From: a virus
Virus record (IMG/VR): IMGVR_UViG_3300044701_003269
Coordinates: 96,001 to 160,000 of that record
Direction: 5' to 3' (one strand)
DNA length: 64,000 nt
Shown: positions 63,501 to 64,000 of the stretch, piece by piece
How the letters are laid out: each line of letters opens with the position of its first letter
Position numbering within the stretch: the stretch's first letter is position 1
The notes under the pieces: generated by a model
Seen by the model: the letters and a program-made list of their open reading frames with translations, nothing else
Told to the model about the DNA's origin: nothing
The model's database searches: none
Program-made: the position numbers and the translations under genes

Positions 63501-64000
63501 GATGTTGATTATGAAGGAGATTTTGGAATAGTTGTTGGAGTTTCAACAACATCAGTTGGAGTGGCATCTACAGCTGTAGTTTTTGATTTGTTTATCCCAA
63601 CAGAGTCTTATTTGAGAAATACTAATATCAATGTTGGAATTGCAACTACAGGGATTAGCGGGATAAAAACAGATTATTACTTTACAATTTTCAATTCAAA
63701 TATTGGTTTTGGTCTAACATCTTTAGATTCTACAAATAATATCGTTGGAGTTGGAACTTCATGCCTTGATAATGTTTATAAAGCCTCTAGTGTTTCTATA
63801 GCACAAACTAGCGTCCTTGGAATCGGAATAACAGATGTGACCCGAGTTGTTGTAAGTGTTTTAGATTATAATGGTTTGGTTGGTTATGGATACAGCGGTT
63901 TTTATGGAGAATTCAGTTGGGGTAGATTAAGTAATTTCATTAGAAAAAATCCGTTAAACTTTAATTCTTACAATACCAACGGAATTTCGGGATTAAATAC
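51552..64000 (+). CDS. gp7: Giant baseplate wedge protein (gp7-like), >4100 aa, 3'-truncated, absent from the ORF track
   Basis: ATG at 51552 follows gp6; QLPDFVREEYP..EFLKEYY; IKQVKDFYSSKGT; many GxGY repeats. No stop-terminated ORF in this frame is listed, implying it stays open to the window end. Confidence 0.75.
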   Translation, partial: MSNTRVKIASIVQSQLPDFVREEYPLVSEFLKEYYNSLEVSGGTLDVLQNIDRYVKIDELTKSLSGRIITVRIQDPQSFFTISGGFSVNELIVFKNGTRLLLNTDYFVFSSTELSLVEECINGDILEFYIQTPSTTFLKSEVGFTDDVINVESTYGFPESNGIIKIDSEIILYKSKTETSFVDCKRGFSGITSYRTENTTDQLTFSTSQVENHENNSSVENLSLLLLKEFLLKIKKQLTPGFENKTFVDGVNQSTFIKQVKDFYSSKGTEDSYQVIFKALFGENIEILRPRDYLFKPSDANYRITRDLVVESVSGDPMSLLNRTLYQDESGSEESQFFSKAYGTITRVEKIQRLNKNYYVLSLDADYSKDLTVDGTVYGNFKIHPSTKLTTNADLNSAVLTVDSTIGFPKTGELTYSVNGQEYINSYIIENITQFSLFGTTDVEIPKGTDIKINNFAYSEFGGNIVKVRITGVISDVSFDKNNYLMSKGETFKVNTLGYPAKGVLANNWIFNIANKFKVKQIIGPKSSNASLNLFSYEVITIDKNNFYIGDIVKLISSDGNINDYTIRGINNENSVSIEGPSIGNLNLKFLIERSIVKPKFTNFDYINQYSANVQNVYIPNSNENAGIFVASNSLPNYLNENIDIKNPDIVFSGTFGGEILDLSSGNPNNYHGLYTGDSVIYKDTNTSDLRNNLGILSKVYYVEKVDNTRIKLANSKLDLFKKRYVSIENNVSVTNNIFSKNKIKFSTFSSQNFIKNISKPVNGKKFETPVGPVGIFVNGVEAFSYKSEDKVYYGGIDKINVIDGGDDYDVINPPNIEILDENGSNATAYVQVTGELNSIDIIDPGFDYISDPIVTISGGNGSGAVAKVNLTSFRHKVSFNSIESSLFVNLSTNTIGFSTYHKFRDNEQVIYLPNGQTPVGGLTSKAQYYVNVQDSFNIRLHKTLNDSVSGINTINLTSYGVGVHEFEATSIKRKISSFSIIDRGSNYSNKKTSCFSSGVSTTSNIINIPEHGYKTGEILKYTSTSLPIGGLENGKSYYAIKVNDNQFRLSEVGIGSTSKDFYFRTNQTVNLTSIGSSEHIFNYEDIVVSVDGIVGVSTRTGQDFNAVIQPIFRGSISKVFVNNSGVGYGSSEIINYERQPNVVLGIGTGAQLSPIVNNGRITQVLVLNGGSNYNSPPDISIFGNSTTASLVPVISNGRIVDVKVQNSGVGFSTIGTSLEVFTPGNGFKYDCKIKSWTINKVEKNLNSNKILEDDGVLDRYQGTQKGLQYCHFYAPRKLRRSVFGTDFVNGKKVLIQDLNIVRNVEVRSKAHSPIIGWAYDGNPIYGPYGFSSPSGGVVREMKPGYIQKISEDRPDPISESAGRIYPPGFFVEDYQFNNSSDSDLDEHNGRFCITPEFPEGTYAYFATISDGSTETSGIFKNYKKPVFPYLVGNTFNSIPNTQNYQINFTSQQNSSIFSEFSLLRNTSPYNLSSENSQYDFVFNPLKIKEPLIKIESTLLSGIDDVEITSGGTGYKVGDKAIFDNTNTSGSDAYARVSFLEGKEVTSISCASTTYNDVEFYPINSGSFVAFSTIPHNFLNNDIVSIGGLSTSTQFLNAVLQIGVRSDTLTLSKNVDAPSATGIVTYFDVNGSLDFPKIRENDIYELDTEKIKILSVDKLSSRIKVLREFDSSVGTSHTISTVLFEKTRKFTFSIEKDPKINFNLNKEIYFNPKESVSLGTGSTLSFSNPGAGITIISTPAKTIYLPNHKLETGNELIYSTNGGSPIFVSDDNITSFQLLDNQIVYAAKVSEDLIGISTNLVGLGSTGSFVGIDSSITTSILFFTNVGSGDNHSFKTNYSNSLTGEVTKNVVTVSTAETHGLKVNDIVFFEALPGITTTVVVKYNDKNSRLLINPKSFTSSDVDITNNIIFIKNHGYSTGEKVVYTAESSPIGGVSNNEIYYIVRFSKDKIKLSSSYYNSIKNIPEVIDFTSASDGTLSLVNPRIFAVSNQFIKFDLSDESLSYSIESVPYPAFEFVLYKDSNFTEEFIKVEDSEISRLNVTKVGRIGVDENASVTLRTENLDFDLYYRLVPVDLENNSFLKKNIIVDDQNIIENNKILLGKSGYFGFHLLSSVQDSSFNFNIFSFPEIDSYSKFDGNFVYSTNSKNAVGGIKELEITSRGRYYDTSPGISSVFSENGKNAILDPISSSIGKITNFEIEDIGFNYPADQTLYPSAKLPQIIKVNPLSRFKNIGVSSVGIDYSISPDLIVIDSTTNNVVNDVELNYDVETNTVKIIRNTEGIFNSKPTILPVNNSNGVPIKEITFDEISKNVTIELDKSYSFGQVFPFNVGDKVLVENVNIDIDSGKGFNSKEYGYKLFTLTSVNPLFGGTGANIVYNLSQDLLDSEVPGSFDSNNSAGIVTPEKYFPIFDPVLEKFSFLRGEVAKTQSQRGIVLNWNKNVELLKLSTSDDFELNSIIVGESSNAKGIITRIDSNFDAVYNIESSAIVKKGWELETGFLNNQFQVIADNDYYQNFSYSIKSKVDYDTWNDSIGNLNHTSGFKKFGDLVVESIDSISSGISTDQNEGDFSGLVEFVREIDLNCVNDFDLVRERTLNINSQLFSKEFVFNSRSLQDEFISIGNRVLSIDDIGNRFSSEQSSQIFSIVDTFRLTDFRSKKYITYVKDKNSTELRESSLVTLIHDNNEVFLNEYSGLNTGTDLGSFEFSIFSVEGTLRYFPNNFTSDDYTINVISYGIKDDNTGIGSTSIGNLVDLRSSTTIIPSGTSSQTNIVGIGSTYSTSKVLVQFTSSDETYYQFEEITLLSDGNNVSILEYGQLSNATRVGYSTGGIGTYSAYISGSTINLDFTPNVSLATTYIVNTLRVSIASTNVGITTSSLEFNTCEISSNFVAISSSPSPTQIGISTFSTDYESSYYIVSVEDVTNGDYQASEILVINDGSNAYISEFGGIGTSSGLGTFGANYDVISGTTLNFTPIADASINVKIYRNALRVVDTGNDFTSLNLTNANIESDFSEFDGVSNSIRKSFDLLHRGVPIFQRSFQSSDPNIVNIENNRIKITNNFYVGGEELKYDFGQGDPVGIETTTIAGIGLTDKLPSTVYVIKLNDVSIRLASSPENSLKPVPEPLIINSVGVGIHTFTSTRQNARCLITIDNHIQSPIVSTAVTTTLASGSSSSEEQITISDITSIFSGDLLKINDEIIRVNSVGVGSTNSLLVDRGFVGTNAESHSIGSTVTKVLGNYNIVNNTINFADAPYGNTPTSDETNRPDQRDYIGITTRSTFGGRVFLRSGINTTSGVFVDTYSTNYVLDSLSDQFDGVTKEFVLKSSGQDVTGISTSNAIVLINNVFQEPKRTGSVSIVGNYEISENAGISTIEFIGGISSASYDINNSSIPRGGVIVSVASTTGFGYQPLISAGGTSIVSSAGTISNISVGYSGSGYRSLEKYEIITKTSSTISSGSTIIYIDNQNGIFEKLAYSSSNSIGIGSQNVPILGIGNSYVLIGSGSTISQSIESEKSVLVSLNSPYVGLVDVGVKTSSNGILNYEFIGFATVIPGTGNISSNINITNPGSGYTSANPPIVVFDGPNNYDNIPLIYSSGSSGLGTEATVNIIVGQNSSVIDFELENLGYGYNTSQILTVPTGGLTGIPTDASKPFINFELTIDEIFSDIFYGWSIGDLQVIDKIENLFDGVRRNFPIKINGIQSSIRSRTGSNVEIQYTLLIFLNDILQVPDVSYTFNGGSTFTFLDAPNVGDTCKILFYKGTGNVDVLSEDVLQTIKIGDLVRVTSDIAEQNQNNRLITDIISSDLLITNPYTGAGLFEDETILRPLLWCRQTEDLIISGQEIGKDREIYEPLIQPATNIIQNVGSASTEIFVQSVKIFFDDFRENTSQTLKSEIILISQDPQEGSYATANVSTSGTISSLNLVEGGIGFTTDPVVKISNPVGFGSTSTAIASISSGIVTSLTIINPGSGYTTSNPPQVLIEYPKVIVEEIVDVDYEGDFGIVVGVSTTSVGVASTAVVFDLFIPTESYLRNTNINVGIATTGISGIKTDYYFTIFNSNIGFGLTSLDSTNNIVGVGTSCLDNVYKASSVSIAQTSVLGIGITDVTRVVVSVLDYNGLVGYGYSGFYGEFSWGRLSNFIRKNPLNFNSYNTNGISGLN

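Noticed and set aside
51552-64000. Apparent 12 kb gene desert in the ORF track
   Set aside because: It is one long + strand ORF with no stop codon inside the window.
1-64000. tRNA or rRNA genes
   Set aside because: No convincing cloverleaf or rRNA signature seen by eye; tRNAscan-SE was not run.

Overview
A 64 kb segment of a T4-like myovirus, most likely a cyanophage (inferred from gene content), with almost all genes on the + strand. 1-12.7 kb: tail-fibre and adhesin module (Gly-rich proteins, an FG-GAP fibre with a Peptidase_S74 chaperone, three LamG paralogues). 12.7-17.6 kb: four 2OG-Fe(II) oxygenases, a propeller glycosidase and a TPR-FkbM methyltransferase. 17.6-47 kb: early/accessory region of many small ORFs, three free-standing nucleases, an SF2 helicase and a putative restriction-modification pair. 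47-64 kb: glycosyltransferase, gp25, gp6 and a >4100 aa baseplate protein that runs off the window and is missing from the ORF track. The main unexplained signal is a 36-nt imperfect-hairpin direct repeat, AATTAAAGTTACTTAGCTCCAAAGTGGACCTATAGT (16 full copies plus 1 half copy, 18.8-46.0 kb). It sits exactly between the stop codon of one gene and the ATG of the next, so it delimits gene cassettes, one of which is the whole R-M pair. The second signal is a structured, self-complementary leader with compensatory changes that precedes three nuclease genes, two of which are unrelated. All calls come from reading motifs by eye; no database searches were run.
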